Below, piece by piece: positions 1 to 12,294 of a stretch of 64,000 nt of DNA. The notes under the pieces were generated by a model. That model was not told the origin of the DNA. It made no database searches and worked only from the letters and a program-made list of their open reading frames with translations. The translations under genes and the position numbers were made by a program. The DNA comes from Azolla caroliniana (lineage: Eukaryota > Plantae > Polypodiophyta): the NCBI GenBank assembly GCA_043228905.1, contig JBHGNT010000011.1, positions 6,510,001 to 6,574,000 on the forward strand. The letters run 5' to 3'. Each line of letters starts with the position of its first letter. Within the stretch, counting starts at the first letter, position 1.

Positions 1-1044
1 CCCAGCGGGACACCAATGCCGGTCACAGCCGAAGAAGAGGAACCTCAGGCCCGATCACCAGCGAGGACAACGGGGGAGAATAGCGGGGACGAACGAGCGG
101 AGTTCCCCACAAGACCAGACAACGAAACCATTAACCAACAAAAGGTCCATCCCACACCACCTTCAGAAAACGCGGAAAATAGTGCGGACCAGGCGGAATC
201 CCCGCCCCACGCCTAGGGACACACAAAAACGGCCAACACCGCGGAGGACGTAACAATAGAGGCGGAGTAGCAACCGACTGCAAGCACGCTACCGGCGGAG
301 CCCAGCCCACTAACTCAAGAAGAGCCCACCGTATCCGGACCACCCGCACACGACGAAGGCGACTCCGGGAGAAACCAGGCCGACCAAGCAGAGGAGCCGC
401 ACCACGATGCACCTACGGGCCCTACATCAACTCCAGCCGAGGACACCACAACAGAGCCGAACATCCGGGGCATTTTGGAAGAAGATTAACGGGATGGGTC
501 CGACGTGCAAAGGCACTGTCCCACAGGCGTGCCAGGTGTTGTCCGCCGGAAAAGTAACCGACGGCCAAAAGCGTAGGAATAAGAAACTATATAAAGCGTA
601 ACGTATGTAACGGTTCACGCAGGGAAGCGTGAACGGCTAATTAGACCCTGCATATATAAAGGGCAGAAAACCTCTTAAGGAGGTGCGTGTAAATTTTGGG
701 AAATGTAAAAGAATGCCTGATAATAGAATACTATCTTCTCTGAGTTTCTGTGTATAGCTACGACTAATTCAGTGTTTGTGTCTCGGATACGTAAGCGTAG
801 TAGTACGTAAGCGCAACCTGTGATAAGGAGTCGATTGTAGCCGTCTCCCCTTACACACGGAGGAATCACAGAGGTTCTCTCCTTACGCAGTACGCTTAAG
901 CTCTGTTCGTTGTTCCCACCCACCTTGGGGTCTAGGTCGAAGGACTGGCCACGGACCGTGTTCCTAAGAGGCAATAATAGTAGTGGAGATATTCCTTTTC
1001 TGTCAACTGACTTGTCATTTAATATGACCAACTCCCTAGGTACA
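1..1044 (+). mobile_element. Probable 3' end and LTR of an LTR retrotransposon (family unclear)
   Basis: GC-rich low-complexity coding-like tail, TATA-like CATATATAAAGGGC at ~651, and an end ...CCTAGGTACA (1044) that abuts another LTR. Layout resembles the LTR at 62792-63253. No diagnostic protein domain seen. Confidence 0.35.
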
Positions 1045-1376
1045 GGCTAGTGCTAGATAGTACTTATCTTGAAGTCAATGACGCATACTTCAAGGCTAAG
1101 TACATCGTAACTTGCCCACAAAATATTCTAGTTGACTTGATTAGCCAATCCTATTACCTATTTCTCTCTTTCCTAAATACATTGTGTCCTACGCATCTAC
1201 GGTTTCCTAGATTAACACCTTATCTACCCATATGGTTGAGTTGCACACTAGCCGCTCCTCATTTTGGGGCGCTATCACAAAATGTGCACTCTAAGAGCAC
1301 ATATGGGGATAGATTTACAACTTGGGGCTGATCATTGATTATATCTGTTAGATATTATATGGTCATGCCTGTAACA
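1045..1376 (-). mobile_element. Truncated 3' LTR of a chromoviral Ty3/gypsy element
   Basis: On the minus strand the PPT AAAGAGGGGGAGTA (1377-1390) is followed directly by TGTTACAGGCATGACC. A near-identical LTR start recurs at 6327. Confidence 0.75.
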
Positions 1377-2267
1377 TACTCCCCCTCTTTAAATCATTGC
1401 ACTCTTGCAATGGAAAGTTAGGGAAGTTAGTTCTAAGAGTATTTTCGCGTTCCCATGTGCCATCTTTTATTGATTTATCCATCCATTTTATTTTAAATTC
1501 TCGGATTTCTTTAATATGTAATTTTTTTGTTTTAACATTGAGAATTCTTTTTGGTACATGTGGTTTAGAAGATAATTCTTCAGAAGTAACCAGAGTTTCA
1601 GTTGTAGCTGTATTGTCGCCAGAACCTAGAAGTTCTTTTAGATGACTCACATGAAAATCTGGATGAATTTCAATACCATCGGGGAGAGCGAGACAATAGG
1701 CTGATGACCCAATGCATTTGAGGACTGTAAAAGGTCCACAAAACCATGGGGCTAACTTAGCGCACTTACCCTTAGACAATGTCTTAGAATTGTGAGGTAC
1801 ACGTAAAAATACCTTCTGTCCAAGGTGGAATACACGAGATTGCTTATGATAATCGGCTAAAAAACGCCCTCTATCTTGAGTTGTTTTTATATTATCTCGT
1901 GCAATATGCAACATGTCTTGCATATCCCGAAGAAAGTTTTGCGTACTTCACAACTCATCATGATGTATATTAACATCAATCGGGGCTCGTGGTTGAAAAC
2001 CATACATCAACATAAAAGGACTATATCCCGTCGATGTATGCTTGGAGCTGTTATAAGCAAACTCCAAAATTGGGAGATAAAGTTCCCATTTTGTTGGTTT
2101 TGTACCAACGTATGCTCGAAGCATGTCCTCAATAATTTGATTTACTTGTTCTATTTGTCATCGTATTGAGGATGATCCATGGAGCTCATGCTCAATGTAG
2201 TTTCTAACTGCTTAAAGACTTACGTCCAGAAGTCCCTAGTAAACTTTCGATCACTCACGATAGCCAT
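1363..2267 (-). pseudogene. Chromoviral Ty3/gypsy integrase C-terminus plus chromodomain (degenerate)
   Basis: Motifs LEFAYNSSKH, GYSPF, KLAPWFCGPF (GPY/F), IHPDFHVSHLK and chromodomain-like EFKIKW...TWERE. Internal stops present. Confidence 0.9.
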
Positions 2268-4056
2268 CGATACCTTCGCGCCTGTCACGAAGATGACTAC
2301 CATGCATGTTCTGCTAGGCGTAACTGCGGCAAAGGGGTGGCACTTACATCAGATGGATGTAAAGAACGCGTTCCGACAAGGTGATCTTGAGGAACATGTG
2401 TACATGGTATAGCCCCCCGGATTTCTATCCGAACAAAACACCTCGGCAATTTGCCAACTGAAGAAGTCACTCTACGGACTTAAGCAAGCCCCGCGAGCCT
2501 AGAACGCAAAGATTACGCAACAAATGCGTAGGATGGGGTTTATGACGTCAAAATCGGACTCTTCACTATTTGTTCGGCAAGGTCAATATGGACTGGTATG
2601 TCTTCTACTTTATGTTGATGATTTAGTCATCGTCGGTGCCAACCTGGACGAAATCCGCCGCATAAAGTCTCAGCTTGCGGCATCATTCGAAATGAAGGAT
2701 CTTGGAGACCTTCATTACTTCCTCGGGATCGAAGTGATCCGCACCCTCGAAGGCATATTGATCAGCCAGCGTCATTATGTGTTGAATATGCTCTTCAAGT
2801 TCGGGATGGCAGACTATAAGCCCATCTCGACCCCTCTTCATCGAAACACACAGCTTCGTCGAGGGTTGGGAAAGGCATGCGACCCGACATGGTTCCGACA
2901 GATTGTCGGAAGCCTCATCTATTTGACGATCACCAGGCCGGACCTCAATTACCCGGTCGGACTGATCAGTCAATTCATGTCGCAGCCTACGGTCGAACAC
3001 TTTCAGTGCGCGCAAAGGATATTGTGATATGTCAGCGGCACTAAAGACATGGTGTTGCTATATCAGGCAGGTGTAGCCGAACAATTAGTCGGTTACACAG
3101 ATGCTAATTAGGTCGGAAACACCCACAATCGTCGATCCACATCCGGATATGTCTTCTCATTAGGAAGTGTGGCGATCGCGTGGAGCAGTAAGAAGCAGCT
3201 AACAGTAGCACTGTCGAGCACAGAGGTCGAATATCGAGGGGCAATTGTCGCTACGTGCGAAGCCATATGGCTGAAGCGGCTACTTAAGGATCTGCAGGTG
3301 GCGGTGTCCGATCCGACGACGATCTACTGCGACAACCTTAGCAACATCCACCTTGTGAAGAACCCCGTCTTCCACGCCCGGACTAAGCACATTGAGGTGC
3401 ACTACCACTTTGTCCGCGAGCATGTCCTCTTTGGTGAAGTCAAACTTCAGTATGTTCCGACGGATCGGCAGCACGCCGACATTTTCACCAAGCCCCTTGG
3501 TCTGGACAAGTTGCGGCATTTCTCGGGTGAGCTTGGGCTGCGTCACCCCAACACGCCGAACTTGAGGGGGAGAAAGGAAGAACATGAACATGAGTCGGAT
3601 GAAGAATTCGATTTCGGGCTGGCTGAAAAAGCCAAGGAAGGAAGCAAGGGTCGTAATCTTAGGGAAGAGCCGAAGACAACCGAACAAGGAGTAACTAAGA
3701 CCAAGATCAAAACGTGGTCTGACATTGTCAAAGGCCTAAAGACAGAAGACAAATTGGAGACAACCAATTCGCATGAGAGCGGAATTGAATCGGAAGAGTT
3801 CGGTTCAATCAGAATGTTCGATTCGGACATCATGAATTGAATGAGGGCCAAGCGGAGAAAAGGGCAGCAGAAGAGGCGCCAACACCGCGACAACGAAGGA
3901 GATGAGAAGGGCCAAACAAGTAGACAAGCCAACCGAAAGGGTCGAGGTGCGCGGAATCAAACAGGTCGAGGAGCGCGAGTAAGGCGTGAAGCTAGAAGAT
4001 GCTGGAGCGAAGATCCGGAAGAGTAGGTGGAACCTCAAGTTGAGCTTGAGGGGGAG
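2268..4056 (+). pseudogene. Ty1/copia RT-RNaseH (5'-truncated, with stops)
   Basis: Motifs [39 protein letters not shown] and [30 protein letters not shown] lies just before 4057. Confidence 0.95.
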
Positions 4057-4320
4057 TGTTGAGAGACAAGCTCAACATTCGGTGTGTAATCGGTGCGTAA
4101 AACAGTTACGCACAACATGGTCATAACGGTGCGGACACCGAGAGGCCGTAAGTATAGTATTCCTCGTAAGGAATAATTTTTGGGAGTTAGTGTAGTAGGC
4201 TCATTTATGAGCAGTCAATTACTGTCAATACTTGTGTTAGCCCGATTTAAGGGTGTGTATAAGAAGTGCTCACTGAGCATGAAATATGTACAGAGCGTTA
4301 TTATTTTTTGAAATAGAACT
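4057..4320 (+). mobile_element. Truncated copia 3' LTR
   Basis: TGTTGAGAGACAAGCTCAACA follows the PPT and resembles the LTR start at 62403. The right end is lost at the LINE junction. Confidence 0.7.
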
Positions 4321-4323
4321 GAG

Positions 4324-5520
4324 TTGTCTGTCTTTATCCACAGGATACATAACCAACCACTTGATAGAATATCCCACCAAGCCTTTAAGGCTTCTCGAGC
4401 ACTGTATGAGTCCAGCTATACTAGCTCATGGTATGGCATGATGGTGAGTTGGCTTCTTGCCAACGGTCTAGACATTAATAACCTCCCCCCCCTTAAGTAC
4501 GACCACACGACTGATAACACTTTAATCTCTCATGAGGACCGTAATAAAGTAATAAGCCAAGAAATATGGCAAATTTATACTCGGTATAAATGGATCACCC
4601 CACTAGAGCCACTCCCATCTAAAATGTCGTACTATAAGGAACACTTTATGCACTTCTCTAAGTTAGGTTTTATCACACGACCAAAATATGTAGATGTATT
4701 CTTACCACATGCACTAAGGGTTGCCATTGGTCAACTTAGAATATCATCTCACCAACTTGAGATTGAGAATGGACGTACTAATGGAGTCCCTAGGGAGGAA
4801 AGGATATGTAGGTTATGCCACATAGAGATAGAGGATGAGTACCATTTTACATGCAAATGCCCCACTTATGCCGAGATAAGGGCAAAATACCAAGACATAC
4901 TTGGTTCCTCTCCCACCCTCCCTAAACTATTAGATACACTAGATATAAAGAAATTAGGTAGATACATCTTAGAATTGAAACAACACAGAGAGAATAAGTT
5001 ACAAAACATTGATAATAATGTTGCTAATGTTTACCAACATGTAACAAATGAAGTTTTTCAGGAACAGGGGGAGACAATGAATGTCGCCACACCTGCACCA
5101 CTCGGGCTTTTCCTTGATGAAGCAAAAAATCAAAGAAGAACCAAACGCCCTTGGATGTCAGGTTTCAAAGCAACTCGACGAGATGTAGAAGCAATAAAGA
5201 AAATAAGGGAACGTGAACTACACCGCCTAGAAGCCATGGCTAGGGCACTCTATGCATTGGGACCATGGGTCACACCCACATCAAAAACTTTTGACCTGCC
5301 ACTTCTTTTTGAGAGACTTGGGTAGAAATGAGATTAGGCTTAGTGCAAAGTTTTGTACACTACTAGAACTTTCTTAGCTTAAGCTATTTTCTTTTATTTT
5401 AGTTTTGATGATTGGATAAACACTCATTTTTGTTGTAACCCAATTGTCTCATGGACCAAATTTGGCCTTAGAAGACGTTAATATATCTTTCTTCTTCTTT
5501 CTCTCTCTCTCTCTCTCCCC
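4324..5520 (+). mobile_element. 5'-truncated LINE (RTE-X-like C-terminus), ORF 4324-5325, with 3' UTR and (CT)n tail
   Basis: QLRISSHQLEIENGR...ERICRLC...IEDEYHFTCKCPTY is the CCHC-type C-terminal module of non-LTR ORF2 proteins. A CT microsatellite follows at ~5500. Clade assignment is from memory of the motif. Confidence 0.75.
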
Positions 5521-5683
5521 CTCCATCTCTGCGTTTTCTGTGTTCTACCGAACTGTGTACTCTTTGTTTCGCATACGCTTCCGCACACATTTTCTTTTAC
5601 AAGTATTGACCTCATACACATGTAAACATTTTATACATCCAATTAATTACCACTACAACATCATTGAATCAAGAAAAAAAAAA

Positions 5684-6327
5684 TGTTGACCATATACATG
5701 AATAGATGGGAGAAGAAGAAATAGAAAAAAAACAAGAAAGATTACCGAAGTTCCTTTGTTGATCGTTGTCCGGATCAAGGCCGACCGCACATCGATCGAT
5801 CACCATCAATCAAGAAGAAAAAAGACAACAAAAGAAACATTAGAACATGAACTCCGAAACCAACTATTAGAGATATGATCTAATGTAAGCATATGATAAG
5901 GATAAAAGAATGATAGATTGATAGATAGAAAGGAGAGAGAGAAAGAAGGGTGCCGATCCACCCGACCACCCCCGAGCGAAGGGATCGAGACGGATTCGAG
6001 CCTCGATCGGCATCCCATACCATCGACGTGGCGTCGAGTTTGTACCTGGTGCTAGCGCGCTCGCTACAAGAGTTGAACCACCACGAAACAGAGTCTCGAC
6101 GTAGTTAAAAGATATCATGAAATGAGGGTAGCTAGGCCTCTTATTTATAGCGATATCCAAGGCCCCCAGGCAAGTTCACACTTGGCCTAATGGGTTGTCT
6201 CAATCCCGAGGATTAAAAGTAATCCTCCCCTTCTTTACACTCTCATTTAACCCTCACACTTATCCACGTGTATAGAATACTACAGTAAATCCTCACCACG
6301 GGATATTATATGGTCATGCTTGTAACA
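5684..6327 (-). mobile_element. LTR related to the chromoviral LTR at 1045-1376 (solo or recombinant)
   Basis: TG...CA ends, a shared ~26-nt terminus GATATTATATGGTCATGCYTGTAACA, and minus-strand TATAAATA near 6145. Flanks AAAAA and GGAAA do not match as a TSD. Confidence 0.65.
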
Positions 6328-6444
6328 GGAAATGTGTTGGATGGAGTCAATATGAGGAGCATCTCATTCATCTTCTTGATGTACCTCAGGTATTTACATT
6401 TATCTCAACATTTGTTTTGACTTTTGAGCTTAGTTAGTTAGCTT

Positions 6445-8470
6445 ATTAGCTACCTCTAAATATAACCATACCCGAATAGCTAATTACCTACCTCAGAATA
6501 TGACCATAGCTAATTAGCTACCATAATAGCTAATTAACTACCATTCATAGCTATTTAGCTACCACAATAGCTAATTAGTTGCATATAACAATAGCTAATT
6601 AGCTACCATAGTAGCTAATTAGTTGCTTATGACTATAGCTAATTAGCTACAAGAATTGTTAATCCCCTACTAGAATAGCTACTGTACTAAATTATGGTAG
6701 TAGCTAATTAACGATTGTACTAAGCTATGGTAGTAGCTAATTAGGTACTGTATTAAACTATGGTAGTAGCTAATTAGCTACCACTTAGCTACTCAACTAA
6801 AGTATGGTAGTAGCTAATTAGCTACCACTCAGCTAAAGTATGGTAGTAGCTAATTAGCCATCATAACTAAAGTATGGTAGTAGCTAATTAGCTAAGTGGT
6901 AGCTAATTAGCTATTGTACTAAACTATGGTAGTCGCTAATTAGCTACCACTTAGTTAATTAGTTATTGTACTACATTATGGTAGTAGCTAATTAGCTACC
7001 ACTGAGCTAATTAGCTACTATACTAAACTATGGTAGTAGCTAACTAGCTATTGTATTAAACAATGGTAGAAGCTAATTAGCTACCACTTAGCTAATTAGC
7101 TATTGTACTAAACTATGGTAATAGCTAATTAGCTACCATTTAGACAAGAGAACTATTGTACTAAACTATGGTAGTAACTAATTATCTACCACTTAACTAA
7201 TTAGCTACTATACTAAATTATGGTAGTAGCTAATTAGCTAAGTGGTAGCTAATTAGCTACTGAATTAAACTATTGTAGTAGCTAATTAGCTACTTAGCTA
7301 AAGTATGGAAGTAGCTAATTAGCTACCACTTAGACAAGAGAACTATTGTACTAAACTATGGTAGTAGCTAATTATCTACCACTTAGCTAATTAGCTACTG
7401 TACTAAATTATGGTAGTAGCTAATTAGGTAAGTGGTAGCTAATTAGCTACTGAATTAAACTATGGTAGTAGCTAATTAGCTATTGAATTAAACTATGGTA
7501 GTAGCTAATTAGCTACTCAGCTAAAGTATGGTAGTAGCTAATTAGCTACCACTTAACTAATTAGCTATTGTACTAAACTATGGCAGTAGCTAATTAGCTA
7601 CCACCTAACTAATTACCTATTGTACTAAACTATGGTAGTAGCTAATTAGCTACCATTTAGCTAATTAGCTTCTACCATAGTTTAGTACAACAGTTAATTA
7701 GTTAAGTGGTAGTAGCTAATTAGCTACCAGTTAGCTAATTAGCTATTGTACTAAACTATGGTAGTAGCTAACTAGCTACCACTTAGACAAGAGAACTATT
7801 GTACTAAACTATAGTAGTAGCTAATTATCTATGACTTAGTCAATTAGCTATTGTACAAAATTATAGTAGTAGCTAATTAGCTACTGAATTAAACTATGGT
7901 AGTAGCAAATTAACTACTCAGTTAAAGTATGGTAGTAGCTAATTAGCTACCACTTAGCTAATTAGCTATTGTACTAAACTATGGTAGTAGCTAATTAGCT
8001 ACTGTACTAAACTATTTAGTTACCACTTAGCTAATTAGCTACTATACTAAACCATGGTAGTAGCTAATTAGTTGTTGTATTAAACTATGGTAGTTGCTAA
8101 TTAGCTACCACTTAGCTAATTAGCTACTATACTAAAGTATGGTAGTACCTCTTAGCTTATTAGCTACTGTACTAAACTATTCAGCTACCACTTAGCTAAT
8201 TACCTACTGTACTAAACTATGGTAGTAGTTAATTAGCTACCATTTTGCTAATTAGCTGATGTATTAAACTATAGTAGCAGCTAACTAGCTACCACTTAGC
8301 TAATTACCTACTATACTAAAGTATGGTAGTAGCTAATTAGCTACCACTTAGCTTATTAGCTACTATACTAAACTATGGTAGTAGCTAATTAGCTACCACT
8401 TACCTAATGAACTATTGTACTAAACTATGGTAGTAGCTAATTAGCTACCACTTAGCCATAGAGCTAATCA
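6445..8470. repeat. Satellite array 1 built on the palindrome TAGCTAATTAGCTA
   Basis: Dozens of 14-bp palindromes separated by CCACT/AGTGG (19-bp period) or by CTGTACTAAACTATGGTAG / CTCAGCTAAAGTATGGTAG (33-bp period), often forming a 52-bp dimer. Confidence 0.97.
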
Positions 8471-9309
8471 GTATGTCCATTTTATTAGGTTCAGGCGAAT
8501 GCATCCAAATATCAAAGTTCAACTACGAACATTCGAGTCTCTTATGCCACACTTTGTGAGATGCTTGAAGGATCGATACACATGTTGTTGCATTTACCAT
8601 GTACAAATGGGTTTTCTCAAGGACTCTGTTAATCTACTACGTCACCATAGCGCCTCCCTAACAAATGCAGTTTGCATTTGTGAGTGCCCAATTTGTCGAT
8701 TGAGCCCGCATGAGCAATGTAAATCATCTGAGCATGTTATCTCTTCCATGAGTTGTACTTTAGATTCAGTAATGTGTCCAAGAGAAACTAAGGCCATCTT
8801 CCACAGTCATAAATGTGTCATGGGTTTATGTCAAGATTGTGGCCCTACTAGATTTAGGTGGTGTCCAAATGAATTGAGTAGTGAAATATTAATCTTTGTC
8901 AAGTTATTTGAGTCAGTTGACACCAATTTCGAAGGAAAGGTGTGTAAAAGAAAGGATCTAGTTAGGAAGTCGCTTAAACCAAGGGATTTGGCGTCTCTAT
9001 TTGTAGTATCTCTAGGAAAGTTCATTAAACACAACTTCATTTACTCATGGCAAGCCCATCAGTTTAAGACTTGCATATCTGATTTTCCAAATGATGTAGT
9101 AGTCTTAGTAGTAGATTTCGTAGAGAATTTTATACTTTCTAGCAACAGAATGAAATTCAATCTATTTATTGGTGTTCAGTGCAAGTAACCATTTTTGTGC
9201 ACATAACATATTTTCGAGTTTCAGGTGATGTTAAAAAAGTAATTCAGTTTTTTTATTTCCGATGATAAGAAGCATGATACCTTGTTCGTCCAACATTGTT
9301 TTAACTTAG

Positions 9310-9631
9310 GGTCTGATGGAGCTGCGTCACAATTCAAGGCTAGACGTCCATTTTATTTTGTGGGGAGGTATCCTGTTATAACAGGTTTGGAGATGAGATG
9401 GAATTTTTTTGGGTCTGGCCATGGTAAAGGTGAACATGATGGTGCAAGTGTTGTTATAAAGTGGGCACTAAACCGGTCTGATGGAGTTGCGTCATAATTC
9501 AAGGCTAGACGTCCATTTTATTTTGTGGGGAGGTATCCTGTTATAACAGGTTTGGAGATGAGATGGAATTTTTTTGGGTCTGGCCATGGTAAAGGTGAAC
9601 ATGATGGTGCAAGTGTTATAAAGTGGGCACT
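9310..9631 (+). repeat. Tandem duplication (~165-bp period) of the transposase catalytic segment
   Basis: GGTCTGATGGAG...AAAGTGGGCACT occurs at 9310-9469 and again at 9475-9631. Confidence 0.95.
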
Positions 9632-12294
9632 TACCCATGAACAACTAAAGGCAGATGAATTGTGCAACACATGTAGTTGAATTTTTAAGAGCTAATATGT
9701 CAACGAGTGCAACTGGTGTTTATTCCTCGCAGGTCTGAGATATCAAACCTGAATTTTGGGAAGTGAAGATAGATGAAGTAAATAGGGAGAAGACCTGGGA
9801 GTGCCAAGGAATTCCCGAATTGTGATCTCTCCATGTTGTTCACGGTTATTCTAGGTTGGATGGTCATTGTATTGCGGTTAGAGAATTAACTTGTTTTTGC
9901 TTCCATTGTGTGCAAGGAAATTGGAGGTATTGTTTAAACAAAACATATATTCAGAATTGGGAGTATCATACATTGAACGATAAGGAAGCAGTTGATGGAG
10001 AAACAGAAAAGAATGTTGACTTCACATATCAAGGATGTGGAGATACTCTAAGTGATGTCTTAAATGTTGGGGATAATTTCGCTATAAATGCAGAAGAAGG
10101 CAATTCAAAGGGTGTTGATTTCTATAGATTGAAGTGCACAGTTAGTAAACAATGTGCAACGCAGAATATATTAGATGCTTGGGGAAATGTTGTATCTACC
10201 GGGACATTCTACATCGAAGGTATTTTTTATGCAAGAATAGATGATTACGATTATGTGTATAGGCTATTAGAAGACAAACCAGTGGCGTACAGGTACTCTC
10301 ATTTGGTCAGGTGCATCAATGTCCCAATGTCGCAATACAATAGTTGCTTAGGTTTATACATAGTTAGTGCTAATGTGTATGAATGTATTTACAACATTAT
10401 GCCATGGAATTTGTAGCTACAAGTAGCAATTACCAGTTTTCTTGTAAAACAAATAAAGCACATGTATTGCAAAATAAAAAGTTTAATGAACCTGTTTGGG
10501 AGTTTTTTTTCTTATATACAGTCTACTTTTTGTGCTTCTTTCTCAACAAAATCGTGTGTCTTTTTTATATACAGTCTTCTTTCTGATATACAGTTTAATA
10601 ATATCGTTTAGGGTTCTTCTTTCTGAGATACAGATTTACTCAAGTGAACCATGTACAAGTTAAAATAGTTTGCATAATTTTAAGAAAAAGCACTATCATG
10701 AAATCAGCAATCCTGAACATACTCTTAAAATTACACAGTAGATAAGTTACTCAAAAAAAGGAATTTAATTCTTCATTGATTAAGTGGTAGCAAATTACGT
10801 ATTTATAACATCCCATTGCCAATGTCTTCAAATCACCTATAATCAACTAAGCTCTTGCTGGTCAGTGGAACTTCTCTATATATATGATCTGCATACCGAG
10901 CTCGGTATGGAGTCCACAACCATGTAGCTAGTTGGCAGCTCAATGTTTTCACCAAATAGTGTTCAGGCATTTCATCGGGTAGAATGAGACAGCATCTGCG
11001 AATGTTGAAGTAATGTCAGAAATGTTCTGTATCCAGAATCAATGTATTGTCGGCATTATAATCTGGCTAAGTGTCCCAAAAATCAAAAAGTCTTTTGAAT
11101 CTTGCAACATCCTTCTGCTCACAATTCTCTCGTGTCCATTGACCCTTGAAATGTTGTCGCCACTTCGGGAAGAATCTTTCTACACACTTCCACACATCTA
11201 TACAAATCAAAGTATTGCACAGCCCACTCCATAAATTGATTGTGTCCCTCCTTGGTGTCATATATCACACACTCATCAGGACTCTATCAAGCTCCAAGAT
11301 CAAGGCTCTTCTTTCGACTTCTAATGGTTTAGGTTTCCATTCCTGTAACTGAGCCTCTATTACACCAATTACTGGTAGCACACGATCAATTTCAATCAAC
11401 TCAGATTCTCTCAACACAATTGGTGTCCTTTTCCTCTTCAAACCCCTGGTCGATTGTGTTGGGCCTAGCTTCACATTCTAGTGCTCTTGTGTTGTCGACT
11501 TAGTCATTGGCTCGGTGCATGTAGATACTGATCTGGTCGATATCAGTCCACGGGTATCATATGTTGCATCTACCTGCAAAATCAGATCATCTGTGCAACA
11601 TGCTTGATCAACTTACGTGATTAGATCATTTATGTTAGTTGCTACATCTACTTTCAAGATGTGGCCCTCTAAACACACAACAACATCAATAGTTTCCACA
11701 CTGCCATCGGCCTTAGGAGCAATAGATTCAAACCCTTTAAACTCTGCAACATCAGAAAACACCAACATATTCACACTCACAAAGTAACTGGTCTTGTCCC
11801 CGATCGTGGCCCCTTCTTTAGCCTTTTCCTAGCCGGTTGCCCATTTAGCCTTGCTTCTTTGACCCATTGCGCAAGTGTGTCCTCCTCCGACAACCTTTCC
11901 ATCACCTCAGTAGTGGCTTGCACGTCAGTCGCTTCTTGCACTAGCTTTTCCAGTACATTGGGATCTGCTTAGACATTATTAGTAGTTGGGCTCAATGGGG
12001 TGGAATCAAGGTTTTGGGATTCAAAGAAATGTTGCATCAAGTGTTCAAAAACACTATTGTTGTGAACCTCAAATTTACATGTTGTCTCCAATATTTCATG
12101 GCTTTTCACATCGTTGCCTAATTCATTACCATCTTCCAAAAGAATAGGTTGGAGTTTATCTGAAGGAGATGTGATAGTAGGACTCTTACTTTCAGCCACA
12201 TTGGCAACTATCTCCTCATCGGTTGTAGCGTCATCAGCACCAAACACCTCATGCGCCCTTGTTAATTCACAAGATTCTACAACAACATGGTCAC

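Larger units (their letters stand above)
6328..10416 (+). pseudogene. Sola2-like DDD transposase (5' part missing; frameshifts, stops, internal duplication)
   Basis: Motifs HLLDVPQ, HPNIKV...FESLMPHFV...TCCCIYH, VVDFVENF, SDDKKHD, SDGAASQFK, WNFFGSGHGKGEHDGA and RELTCFCFHC. Confidence 0.8.

Noticed and set aside
5651-5680. CACTACAACA as a left CACTA TIR
   Set aside because: No matching inverted end, subterminal repeats or TSD found.
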